A stretch of 63,982 nt of DNA, the filler included, from Porpidia crustulata (taxonomy: Eukaryota), in the NCBI GenBank assembly GCA_964255105.1. It is 4 parts of 4 records of this genome, joined end to end, with 100 filler letters (N's around TTAATTAATTAA, not from the genome) between each part and the next. Parts side by side here need not be neighbours in the genome. Positions count along the whole stretch, not along the records: positions 1 to 16,517 come from CAXUWE010000253.1; 3 more parts are not named here. The stretch is one strand, 5' to 3'. Numbering within the stretch: the first letter of the stretch is position 1; each line of letters begins with the position of its first letter. Under the pieces are notes generated by a model, which searched no databases, was not told where the DNA came from, and saw only the letters and a list, made by a program, of their open reading frames with translations. Both the position numbers and the translations under genes were made by a program. Of the stretch, positions 1 to 12,400 are shown in pieces.

Positions 1-420
1 GTAGCTATAAGAGTTCGTTACTCGTTTGCATCTCTGTTTATATCTTGTGTTGTTAGTAGAACAACCGTTACACGAAGAAAGCAATTAAACGTGCGCCAGG
101 TCTGCCGCTAGTGGCCGGGCCGATCCCTGTCCAATCCGTGCGGGGAACTGGCGTGTGGGAGATGAGGCACGAACGCGGAGAGATATTGCGAGATCGGAGT
201 TGACGGATGCTTTCGGAAGGGTTATGCTCCTATGACGACCTATTGTTTCTGTCTGGAGGATCGCATCCGGTGCCCCGAACGGGCTTGGTGTCTTCCCTAA
301 ACGTAGTCTATACTAGCTGTGGCTAGCTGACGGCCGGCTAGGCGCCAGAGATTACGTCACAGGGTATGAAACAAAAGTCATTGAAAGTCTTGCGACAAAG
401 AAAGTCATTGGTCACCATTA

Positions 421-2121
421 CTATTGACTATATGATTTTCTAATGCTATAGATAGTTTTCATGATTCTCCTTTCCTTGACGCGTATCGCTCGCAGAGTCA
501 TGTCTTTTGAAGAATCCCCGCTGTTCTCGTAATCGAAGTAAACGCTCTTCATCGACCTCAAGAGCGTCCGAATTCGCGAGAGCAGCGTCTCTGCCACGTT
601 AATGATAAGACTAACCCGCAGAACGGATGTTGCTGAGGGTTCGAAGCTGCCAATGATCAATCGCGGCAAGAGAATACTTTGCTGATCGCTCGTTGTTGCT
701 ATGGCGCTCGCGGCTTGCGTCCGAGCCTCAATAAGGGTGTTCTGCATGTTACTGAGGATTCGATCGTATGCCTCGATCAAGCGTAAATAAGATGATAGTA
801 CTAGTAGAATGGAGGCTTGATCTAGCGAGATGAGGCCTGGCGATTGCACGGCGGATGGATCCATTGGGCATGGCCTTGGCGTAAACTGAAGGAACGAGTA
901 AGATGATGAGTCCGAGAGTGCAGAGGGGGAGAGATGGTCGAGGATCTCTATAAGTTGCTGGGAGAGGCAGAAGGTTCCGTCGATCCCGGCGCCTTTGCCA
1001 ATCCACGTTTCGCTGCTGGGGTGAGTATTAATCGCTGCGACAGCTTCGAAACCTTCTCCTCGAATAGATGGTATTGATGCGACATGCTGATACAGCTGTA
1101 CGTTAATCTCCAACAGTTTTTGTATCCAGACTGCCGTGTTGCACGCGGAGGAGACAGACGAGGACGGCGATGTTGGTAGTCTATTTGGCGCTTCTAGGCG
1201 TATTGGATAACTATTGGAGAATCGGCCGGCGTTCTCCACTGTGGCTTCATGCGCTTCTTGAAGACAGAGAGGCTGCTTATCGTGTTCTGATTCAGAGCGT
1301 ACTGTGATAGAACTAGGCGGTAACGAGGACATTCGAGGACCAAGCATCGCTTTGCCACGCATATGTCGCCCGGGTTCGCTCCATGGCCCGTTGAGACTTG
1401 AGTCCGAGGCTGAGTCTGCACTTGGGCTCCCAGGCTCATTGGCCAAAGAGCGTCCTTGACTGGGTTCACCCATCTCTTGTCTCATGTATATACTACCCAA
1501 TGTCGCTACCTGGCGAGTTTCTGGAGTGACAATCGAGTTGAAAGGAGGGTCTCGACATTTGCGCATGTTGACGGGGTTGGGGTCGAGGCGAGGGTCAAGT
1601 TCGACGTCCATTGCTTGGTCCAACGGTAGATCGAAATCTGAAGGCATGACACTAAGCCAGTCAATGCCTGCCTGCGGATCCAAGAAACCTACGAATTGGC
1701 TCGCAGGATTGCCTTCGTCTGCATTGAAATATGGGCCCACAGATTAGCTACGAATCAACGCATCACAACAACCCCGTCCATTACATGCCACACTACTCGT
1801 GGTATAGAGCGATATTGAATGTGCTTTACCTGTTCCATGGGTACTGGGGGCCTTCCAATCCTGATTCGAAGAAGAAGAAGCGACCGGTTGGATTGCTTCT
1901 ACGGTACCCTTGTCTAGCTGTGACCGATGAGTAGAGTGGGCAGACCTGGGAAGAAGGCTGGGGCTATCGCTTATCCTGCTTTGCTTTGGTCGCTTCGAAG
2001 GCCTGGAGACACATGTGGCTTTGGCCTTCGAGCAGCGGGTGCATCTGAAACTGTTGCCATCTCGTTTGCATCTCAGCTTTTGACCATGGCAGCGGTCACA
2101 CGCTTGATGATGTTGATCCAT
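421..2121 (-). CDS. Zn(II)2Cys6 pathway-specific transcription factor (2 exons: 2121-1830, 1718-421; ~529 aa)
   Basis: N-terminal ACDRCHGQKLRC-x6-RCTRCSKAKATC binuclear zinc cluster. Intron 1829-1719 (GTAAAG...GCTAAT...CAG) joins the two ORFs in phase 1. The C-terminal 'LLVLSSYLRLIEAYD...LPRLIIGSF' segment resembles those of cluster-specific activators. Adjacent to the PKS-NRPS. Confidence 0.9.
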
Positions 2122-3411
2122 TGTGCTTGATGATGCCTAATAAGTGCGTGGGGAGAAGGTTGACCGTGAGCCTGAACGGGTGGTTGACTGAGCATTGTAT
2201 TTGGGGGATTGATTTCTTCACGACACAAGGGCCAGCTGCAGAGCCTCGGTACATTCGCTATCCTTATGCCATTGCAGGAGCTCTTCAGGCATCATTCCTC
2301 GGCCGGTATCGCCACATTTATTGCATTCATACCCTACACCTCCACGCCTCCAACGAACCACCACGCTGTAGGATTTCCGGGCATTCCGCAAACAGCGTCT
2401 CTGTTGTTCTCCTGCAGGGCATCGGTAAAGGAGCCGCTTGATCTATGTGATCCAGGATTATCATTTCCAAGATCGAACTGTTACAGGCTGGAAGAGGGGT
2501 TTCCATACTGCTTTACCATTTTACGCCAATAGAGAAACTCCAAATTTCAAGGAGCGGCTCGTGGCAGCCCTAGCCATTTTGACCGCTGTTCTTGTTGATG
2601 CTTCAATGCGCTCGCACCAACACTGCGAGGACTGAGCGCCTGCAGATCAGAATTAATGCTACCTTACCACCTTCCGTAGCAAAGTCGCGTACACTTAGAT
2701 AGCCTGTCGTGTTTAGTGGCGGTGTAGGGCAGGACTTACCTATCCAAGCCCCTACGGATGGCTTGCGTGTGTGGTGTCAGGCAGCACCTGGAGGTAGATA
2801 ATAGGTGGGTAGGTAGTCATGGGCGGCCTTAACGGTATGCCGGAATCTCCCAGTCCGGTCTACTTTGTGTCAATATATAAAACCAGGAACACACGTAGTC
2901 GCGCGAACTTCAGACGATCGAACGATCGTTGAGTGGATTTAAATCCAACACCCTTTGAACGTGATTCTAAGTCAAGTCGCAATAAAAAAAGAATCAATCT
3001 CTTCTGATTGGGGAATTAACCCCCCGTTGCAGAATGTACATACTCACTTCCCGTGCGCCGTTTCAATGATACTCGTGGGCGCTCAAAACCATTCCCTTGC
3101 TCTCGTTCTTCGTTCCAAAGTATCTGTGGTTCAGCCAAACATGACGGAACCTACCCGCATCGCCGATCACACTGCGTATACGGGGAGGAAAAGTAGGTAA
3201 TTTGGAGCCAGCGAGGCAGTTCAGCGACTACATCTTCGGCGACTTGGCGGTTCGGCGGTTCGGCGGTGTCATGTACATTGCTTGGATCATGAATTGCTTG
3301 TATAATCAACATGCTTACTACTACGAACAACGATAGCTGACGAGAACCTTTTGATGTAGTGATTACGCGGTGGACCAATCCAACCCACGCCCATGCGAAA
3401 GCCTAACACTC

Positions 3412-6400
3412 CTAAAATATGGAAGAAAAGAATGTGGTGATTGGGGCTTCGACCGACTGTGGACTTCTCCTACTTTTCACTAGCAAGGGCATGTTCAGCA
3501 CACTCCCACCATCTGCAAGCGCAGTTAGGAACGTCCCAACTAGCTCATTCAAGCCAAGTTGAGTGGCTGCCTTAACCCAGTCATTCATACTGAGCACCGC
3601 GTACCCCCGCCCCTCTTCTTTTTCCAAGTAATCCCGCAAGCCGCTGATTGGAATAACCGTTTCGCCAGAGTGGTGGATATAGGAGGGTTGGGCCTTACCA
3701 GCGTATTCCCTATGGGCGGGTGCGAGCGTCGCTTCCACAATACCTGTAGCCACCGAATCGACCGCGATGAAATCAAAATAGCCAGACCAGCCCGTCATGC
3801 TGGGTACAGCTTTCATCCTGCGGGAGAATCTCAGAGTGTTGTTCATAATGTCCATGGAGGGTGCGTCTTCCCCTATGATACTCGCCGGTCGATGGATCCA
3901 GACGGGAAGATGGCAATGTTCATTCATCTTTTCCAGAAAGCGCTCACTGGCCCATTTCGATGCAACATATCCATCAGAGCCATCCACCGATGGAGGGAAA
4001 GTGGCGACTGATACCTCTTCCAGTGGATCGTTGCCGCGGAGGTGGGCAATGCCCGCTGTCGAAATATAATGAATGGGAGTCTTGCGAGGCAGAGCAAGTC
4101 TCGCCAACTCTTTGGTAGATTCCAGATTGGCTTTGCGCAACGATTCGTACTTCTTCATGAACGAAACATCTGCTCCGTTATGGATAATGACATCCACTTC
4201 CCTGAAAATTTCCTCGGCCTCCTCTTCTGACATGCCGAGAAGCGGCATCGATAGATCTCCTTGATGAGTTTCTATTTTTTCCGAACTAATGAGCGGCTGG
4301 CGCGAAGCTGCAGACGGATTCTGTCTAATAGCGACACACCGTATCCGCCAGACGGCATCGTGATCGTTTAGTTGCTGTAGGATGGTTCTTCCCAGGAACC
4401 CTGTAGATCCTGTAATGAGTACGGAAATCCGCTCCTTTGACTTTGTACCCGGCTGAGGGTGATGTATCTGTGTTGGCAAACCCGATGGAATGGAGCTCTC
4501 GAGATCCCAGTCAATTGCTCGATGATAATGAATAGATTTGTTTCCGGCGATTCGCTCAGCCAGACTCTCCAATGTATTAATCTGGAAGAGCGTACTGAGA
4601 GGAACATCTACATTGAAGGTTGCACGAATCTCGACTTGCAACCGAAGAAGGAGCAAGGAATTCCCTCCAACAGAGAAGAAATCCGACGTCTTGCTAATCT
4701 GCAGAGAGTCTCTGACTCCGGAAAGTACCCTTTCCCATACGGTTTTCACTTGCGTCTCAAGTGCGTTCAATTCTTCCTCGCTCTCGAGACCATGTGGAAT
4801 GGGGAGACTCTCAAGAGTCTTGGTGTCTAGCTTACCACTGGCTGTCATAGGGAGAAATTTTAGTGGAACAGCAACTGCTGGCCGCATGTACGAGGGAAGT
4901 GGCAGAGACTGGAGCAATTGCCGCAAATATTTGGAGGTGGTATCTGGTGTCTTTTCCTTGGCAAATACCACATAAGCAGCCAAAAACTGCTCATCGCCCC
5001 CTCTGATACCGACAACGGCATCACTCAATGTGCATTGAGATGCTTCCAGGATAGCGCTTGAAATGTCACCAAGCTCAATTCTTATGCCTCTTAGCTTAAT
5101 CTGTGACCCTCCATCCAGTCGGCCAAGGAAGACAACTTCACCATGGCTTAGCAACCTGCCTCTGTCACCGGTATGATAGACCGTATTCCATCCGTCGATG
5201 GATTTCTGGGACCTGTTGTTAGTGCCGGTTTGAACAAATTTGGCAGCCGTCAAGGTATCGGTTCGGAAGTAACCCGAAGCGACAGCAGGACCACTGATAC
5301 AGATCTCGCCAGGCCAACCGACAGGGACAGTCTTGGAGTTTTCATCAAGTATATGTACCCCATAGTTGGGAAGTGGATGGCCAATGGGTACTTTTTCATG
5401 CTCTGTAGATGTTTCAATGTGATAATGTACCTCGCCAATGGAACATGCAACGGAAATCTCACTCGGACCATAGGCATTATATACCCCGAGATTCGCGAGT
5501 GACAAGCTTCGAAATTTGGCCTTCAAATTGGGGTTGAACACCTCCCCGCCGCACATCGCGACGCGCCATTTATGGCAATCCTCCAGCGAAGCTCTACCGT
5601 ATTGGAGAAGCACGGAGTACTCTGATGGTACACATAATGTAAAGGTAACCTGCTCTTTTAGCATCAATTTGGTAATATCAGCAGGATCTCCCCTATTGTT
5701 GGCCATGATGATGGTGCCGCCATTCGCGAGAGCGTAGAAAATTTGTGCCAAGGAAGCGTCAAATCCTAGCGCGCTCTGCTGTAAGACCACCTCCTTTCCC
5801 AACTTCATTCGCTTGGAAGCCGCCGCGACGTGTGTCACGTAGTTCGAGTTCGTGAGTAAAATTCCTTTGGGTTTTCCCGTAGAGCCGCTGGTGAAAAGCA
5901 GAAAAGCAGGGTCTGACCCTCGGGACGAGTTGGCAATCCTTGTTTTCACGCCTGAGGGAATGCTGGATATGTTGAGCAATATTTCAGCATACTTGTCAAA
6001 TTCCGTGGCTCGATCCCAGGTCAAATTATGAAATATAATAACTTTTGGTTGGCAGTCTTGAATAACGGAGACCAAACGCTCAAGAGAGCTTCGTGTATCG
6101 AGTGGCACATACACTGCACCTAAGCGCATAATTGCCAGGAGAGAGCAAACAACATCCTTACTCTGTTCACAGAATAGAGCAACGAAAGAGCCTCGAATGA
6201 CGCCGTTACTACTTAAAGCATCAGCAATATCATTGATTCGTTCGGACATCTGTGTGTAAGTAAGACTAGCACCGGTGATGTCCTTTACAGCTATGTCTCC
6301 AGTATGCCTTCGGATCAGATCATCTACTCGAAGTGAAAGTGTGTCCGGCCAGTCCGACAGAAGGTTTGGACCCGTTCCAAGATCTACCGCTTTTTGAATC

Positions 6401-9400
6401 GTCGAATTCTTGTATAGTCCAATGTCGGCCACAGAAATAGAAATATCAGCGGACAACTCTTCCAGAAGGTGTAAATATGTATCCATTATCATGTCACCAC
6501 CTTCTGCGTCATATAGGTAACTCAACATGGATAGCGTGAGCATTCCAGTGCCGTCTTCCTTCTCATCTATGGAGAGGGCAAAATCAAATGGGTTCTTAGC
6601 ATCTTCGTAAGCTAAGAAGTCTAGCTTGGTAGCCCCAATACTGCTCTGCTTTAATGCCCCCATTCGATAGTTCACAAGGACCTGGAAGAGTGGCGTATCG
6701 ATAGTCGATGTCTCAATCTTCAAATCTTGTACAATGGTGTCAAAAGGAACAGCGGAGTTACCCAAAGCTGCGTAAACTTTCGTCCGAGTGTTCTTGAGAG
6801 CTTCGGCAAAATCCTGCGCCCCGTTGATGTGAAATTTCAATGGTAAAAAGTTTAGGAGGAAGCCAATGGTGTCCATGAAGCTTTGGTCCGTTCTGCTTGA
6901 ATCTGCAATTCCGATGCAAAGGTCCTTGACGCCAGTGAAACGGTAGATCAAGACCTGCAGTACAGCGACGTAGAAATGGAAAGTGGTAGTCTTAGCCTGC
7001 CTGCTAGCTCTTTTGATCCTGGAGACCAAAGGTGCGTTCAAGTGTACGACTATATCCCTAGTATCATAACGAGTAAGCTGCTTCCGAGAGCCTGTTTTCG
7101 CGAATGGAAATGGAGGTAAGGGTTTGGGCAAGTCAGAGAATTCAGATATCCAATACGCTCGCTCAGTATCCAGGCCTCCAGATTCAACAGCATTTCGCTG
7201 TTTAAGGGCAAAATCAATGTATTGGCTTGGCGGTGGGAGATTTAGACCGCTCGTGGAATAGTACTTTTCTACATTTTGTAAAAAGAGTTGCCAGCTGACA
7301 CCGTCCATGATAATATGATGGTATCCAAATATGATTGTGTGGGACTCAGGGCTATGTCTTAGAAGCGTGGCAACAAAAGAATCACCTCGCCCTAGGTCGT
7401 ATGTGTGGGTTGATATATTCCGAAACTCTTCCTTGATATCCCCAGATTCATTCGCAGGATCAATCGTCTTGAGTTTGAACATCAGTGTATCCGAAACAGC
7501 TTGTATAGCTTGGCCCGTGGACATGTCTGTGAAGAAACTGGTCCGAAAAGACTCGTTAGCTTTGGTCACAGAGATTAAAGCCCTTCCGAGTCTAGTCATG
7601 TCAAGAGGCCCTGTCAATCGATAAGACGTAGTACAATTGTATGTTAGTTGATCTTCGAGATAAACAGATGGGAACCAAATCCTAGCTTGTCCAAAAGACA
7701 TTTTTTCAATTTTCTGATGTTTGCCATCATTTCCATTGAGAGGGATCCCTTGGTTCGAAAAATCAGATACAGGTGTCACAACTTGCTCTGCACTACTTGA
7801 GCTCCCCGAGTCTGACTCGGCAGATGAAAGAGACGCGTTTGAACGAGTGGTCGTGGATTTCTCTAGCGAATTCCTTCCTCGAACGCTACTCAACGCCATT
7901 GGAGAATGCTCGCAATTTGACAATGCAATCCTTGGGACAATCTCGTTGCATACTTGGAAGAGTTAGTAGGGCACAGTACTGATAAGGGTGGTCACACACA
8001 GTCTTCCACAGAAGCACCCCCAAGGACTTTCAGAACGGCCATATCCTCGTTTACCTCTTTGAGGAACCAAGAGCGAATTTCCACTGCGACAAGGGAATCA
8101 ATTCCAAGGTCGATGATTGGAATTTTGACGTTGATACCATCAAGGGGAAGCTTTATTCTTGTCAGCAAGGTCCAGTAGTAAGCCACAGAAAGTTACCTGG
8201 AGCATCAATGCTAATTGGGCAGAAAAGCATCGCTGAAGGATCTCCGAAGCTTGTTCTCTAGTTGTCACAACGGAGAGCTCCTGCTGAATGGACTTGGCTT
8301 TACCTAGAGGTATGTGCTCCTCAATAATGCCCGATACTACGACATGGTGGGAGAAGCGTGGGTTAGCATGCCACACAGGGCGCTCTGTGGCAGATACATC
8401 AAGCTTTTGTAGGCCAGTTATGATTTCAGGGTCCAGTTCGGAATCAGTACGGCCAACCAAAATAGCCTCCGCAAACATCTGATGAATATCTCGTTCCGCC
8501 ATCGGCATGTAATTTTGCCTTCGAAGGGAGGCTTCCACCAAACTACTAGCAGCGCCGCCAATGCGTTGTATATAGCCAATACCTAATATCATTCCAACGT
8601 CGAGAACAGTAGCTACAAGTCCACGCTGTCTGCGCTGAGCTGCAAGACCAGCCATGTACTATTGAAAAAGTGTTAGCAAAGTTATATCCAAAACAATGGG
8701 TGTTAATACCGAATTTGCTGCAGCATAATTAGCTTGGCCTGGGTTCCCTATAACCGCAGACAAAGACGATAGCATGATAAAGAAGTCCAACGCCGTGTGG
8801 GCGAATACTTCGTCCAGATTATTGGACCCCTCAATCTTAGGCTTAAGAACATTGTCAAAGCTTGAAAAGGTCATATCCGTGAAAAGACCATCTGATAGAA
8901 CCATGGCACCATTCACGACTCCCGCTATAGGAGGCATTTTGCTTAGAACTGTATTACAGACCCTCATCAGGTCATTTTTATCGGTTACATCCATGGGCTC
9001 TATTGTGATTTGAGCTCCGACTTGGTGCAACTCCTTCTTCCATTGTGCATCAATCCGAGGAGTTCTGAGTCATGTCAGAACTGGGTATCATGGCGAATTG
9101 ATTGAATTCAAATACGATCCTTACCTACTGGAGACAACAAGGTTGCGAGCTCCGTTCTCTACCATCCATCGACAAAGTGATTTTCCTAGCCCTCCAGTTA
9201 AGCCAACTAGTAGATATGTTCTGGCGGCAGAAAAGAGCGCAGAAGCATCGATCGGTTCTTGAATTGTCGGAACAACAATAGAGTTTGACCAGTCGACGAT
9301 TTCAAAGAACGAACTGAGCTTCGTGCCTGCGATCAGCGCAGCGGCGCTAATAATGGGGGTTGGAGACGTGTTTGCAGAGCTGGACCTAGCGGCCACCGCA

Positions 9401-12400
9401 TCATTTAGTACAAGGGTGAGCGTAGACTGTAAGTTTTCTATCGGGCCATTAGGGTAGGCAGTATCTTTTTGAAAGAATGTCCTAATGCTACACAACGTAG
9501 GCAAACAGTCCCCAATGTGAGATGTGTGATTTGGCTCTCTCGGCGCAAAGTCTAAGAACAATGTTGGGGTGGATGGGAAGAGAGATTGGATAGTTTGCTT
9601 CATAGTATATTGGCTGGTAAATATCCAGTCAACGTTATCATTGCCTTTCGGTTGGGGGGTCGAAGCAAAAAAGATTGGTCGTTTCCCCATGTCAGAAGCT
9701 AGGATTTGAACTTTAGCGGCAAGTTGCCTATCGAGGTCGTATATAATGACTGCTGTTGGCCTAGCAATGTATTCAAGTATAGCCTGGATAGTCAAATCGC
9801 GAGCAATGGCCTCTAGTAGGCTGGCTTCCTGTCCGGTGGCCATAGATACGGGGATGAGCCAACTCCTGGGCACTGTTGCAAAAGATGTGTTTGTTGGAGT
9901 CAGCGCAAGAATCATATGTCCATTTTCAACTATAGAAGCAACGCAGACGTGTAGTCGAGTGGCTTCGTTGAAACTCATGGGGTACACAGTGCAGTGGCTC
10001 AACTTGATGGGTACGCCATCTTCTGAAGATACGATGTGATTCTTGATAGGCCTTTCTATAGCGATGTAGGCTTGCTTATCCATCTCACATGACGGGACGA
10101 TCTCAATAATTGCTGTTGCAACTTTAGTTGATTTTATCACAACTCTCTTCATAGAGTTCAGGCGATCATTGGCGTCTTTCCAAGGTAGGATCCGGGAAAT
10201 CAACATCTTACCATTCTCTAGTACTATTTCAGTCTCGGTGGTCCACAGCCGGGAATCATCTTTCAGCTCTGGCAGGTCCGCCATTAATAACCGTATGAAG
10301 CACTCAATAATCACGTGCTCGATTCTCTCGGTGGTATCGATATCTAAGAATTGGAGTCTAAGATGGGGAGATTCCGAGGCAATCGTGCGACCAAGGCCAA
10401 CCATGGCAGTGTGGTAAGGATTATCTCCTCTGCTTCCATTCGTAATCCAGAGTATTGATCGAGCCTGCGTGAAGGCCTGCTGCATGTTCCGAAGCTTCCT
10501 CGCAGTCATGTGCTGGATGATGGGTGAATCCAAGTCTTCCAAGCAAATGATAGTGCTGATTGCAGGATAATGCATCATGTCAAGGCTCTCAAATGATTCC
10601 ACAATCGTGATATCCTTTTGCCAATGGGACATGAGAGATTTTAGCTCATGGAGAATTGTCGCTGTGGCAAGGCTATTGCCTCCAATAATCAGCAGACTGC
10701 TGGAGTCTAATTCTAACGTCGAGGCTACTTGAAGTGGATGTCGAAGCATGTGAATTTGGTCATCGATGGCCTGTGTAATCATGACTGAGCTTGTATGCAT
10801 TATTCGATCATCACAGTCGTACGCCACAGAGTCCACGCCGGCGAACCCGTGTTTCCGTAGCAGAGAGTCCCACTGAACCGGAGATATTGCAAATTTGGGA
10901 TCTTGTGAGTTATTTGCGTTCGCATTAGGATGAGCGCACATGATAAAATTATAATTTAGGAGTTCGCCAGTGGGTTCCATCAGGAGCAAAAATCCGCCTG
11001 GTCTCATGATGCGTCGAATATTCCTCAGTGTATAGGCGAAATTAGCGGCCGTATGTAGACTATTCGAAGCAATGACAAGATCATAGAAACCCTCGGAGAA
11101 TCCCTGCTGGAGGATATCCTCATCTAAGCTTAACATCTTACATTTTACCTTGCCATCCGACTGAAAAGCGTTTTTTGCCTCCTCGACAACTATGGGGGAA
11201 CTGTCTGTGAGTGTATATGACTTGAACGAAGAGCCAAGTGCTTCCAATACATCTTTTGCTGCTGAAGGAGGCCCGGCCCCAATCTCTAGTATATGCATCC
11301 GAGGGTAGCGATGAGCTATCTGTCTTGCAGCACTAGCAAGCTGTTGAACAGAGATCGGAAAGCCAACACCCTCTTTGAACAACCGGCTTATTAAAGAGTT
11401 AATGGTACTACGCTCGTGCATTGTGGATTTGCCACGAACGGTGGAAAGTAAGTTCTCTCCAACCATCTTCACGATTTGAATGTCGATTTGATGAGAGTAG
11501 CGATGTATCAAATGGTTGATGTCATCACGGCTATCTTTATTCCAGGAATTACATTTGGTTTGCATTCTCCAATCCGCATTGGTTGCTTCTGCACTGTCGG
11601 TAAGATCTAACAGAGCCCTTAGGTTGGGCGGAGAATTCTTAGGGAAATCGTATGTTTTGAGCTTCCGTAGATAATAGTATACAACGCGTTCGAGAGACCA
11701 GACTATCGCTAATTCCTGAGGAGATCTTTTCATGGCAGATTGGACCATGGTACCCTTCATCAACGCAGGCGCCCATACGTTCATCAGGTAGAGCTCTCGG
11801 TCCTCTGATTCTTTCGCAACTTCGAAGGAGCCCATTGTTAGAGACTCCACCTGTACGTGCATCATGCCAGTAACGTCATCGAGTATGCGCATATCTCCAG
11901 TGATAGTGGGCGATCTAGTAGCGGTAGCATGAGCAAAATCTGTAACATACGTGTTTACATGAAGAGTTGAATGAGATGCCCCAGGCCCCTTTAGTGCCGC
12001 GGGGGTAAAGGTCATTTTCCCGATACTCGTTGGTAGGAAAGTGGTCCAAAGAGTCCTAAAAAATTGTGAGCCGCTGCTCAATACCAAGAAAAGTATCCCT
12101 AACTTACGTATCTCCAGGTGAAGCAAATGCAGCAAACAGAGTTTGGAAACAGACGTCTAACCATGTTGGATGCACCGGAAGCCCACTGTTCGGCTCCAAT
12201 CTCTCCACAGTGGCAGAAGCTACGTTGAACCGTCGCTCGGCAGATATGAGACCTCGGAAGGCGCCCGTGTACTCTAAATTAATTCCTAGCATTGATTTGT
12301 AAAATTGATCAATATCCATTGGATTCATATCCGATATGCTCATAATTTGGCCGAAGACTGGCTTCGATGGCTCGTTGCCGACCAAAACCCGCACCTCGCC

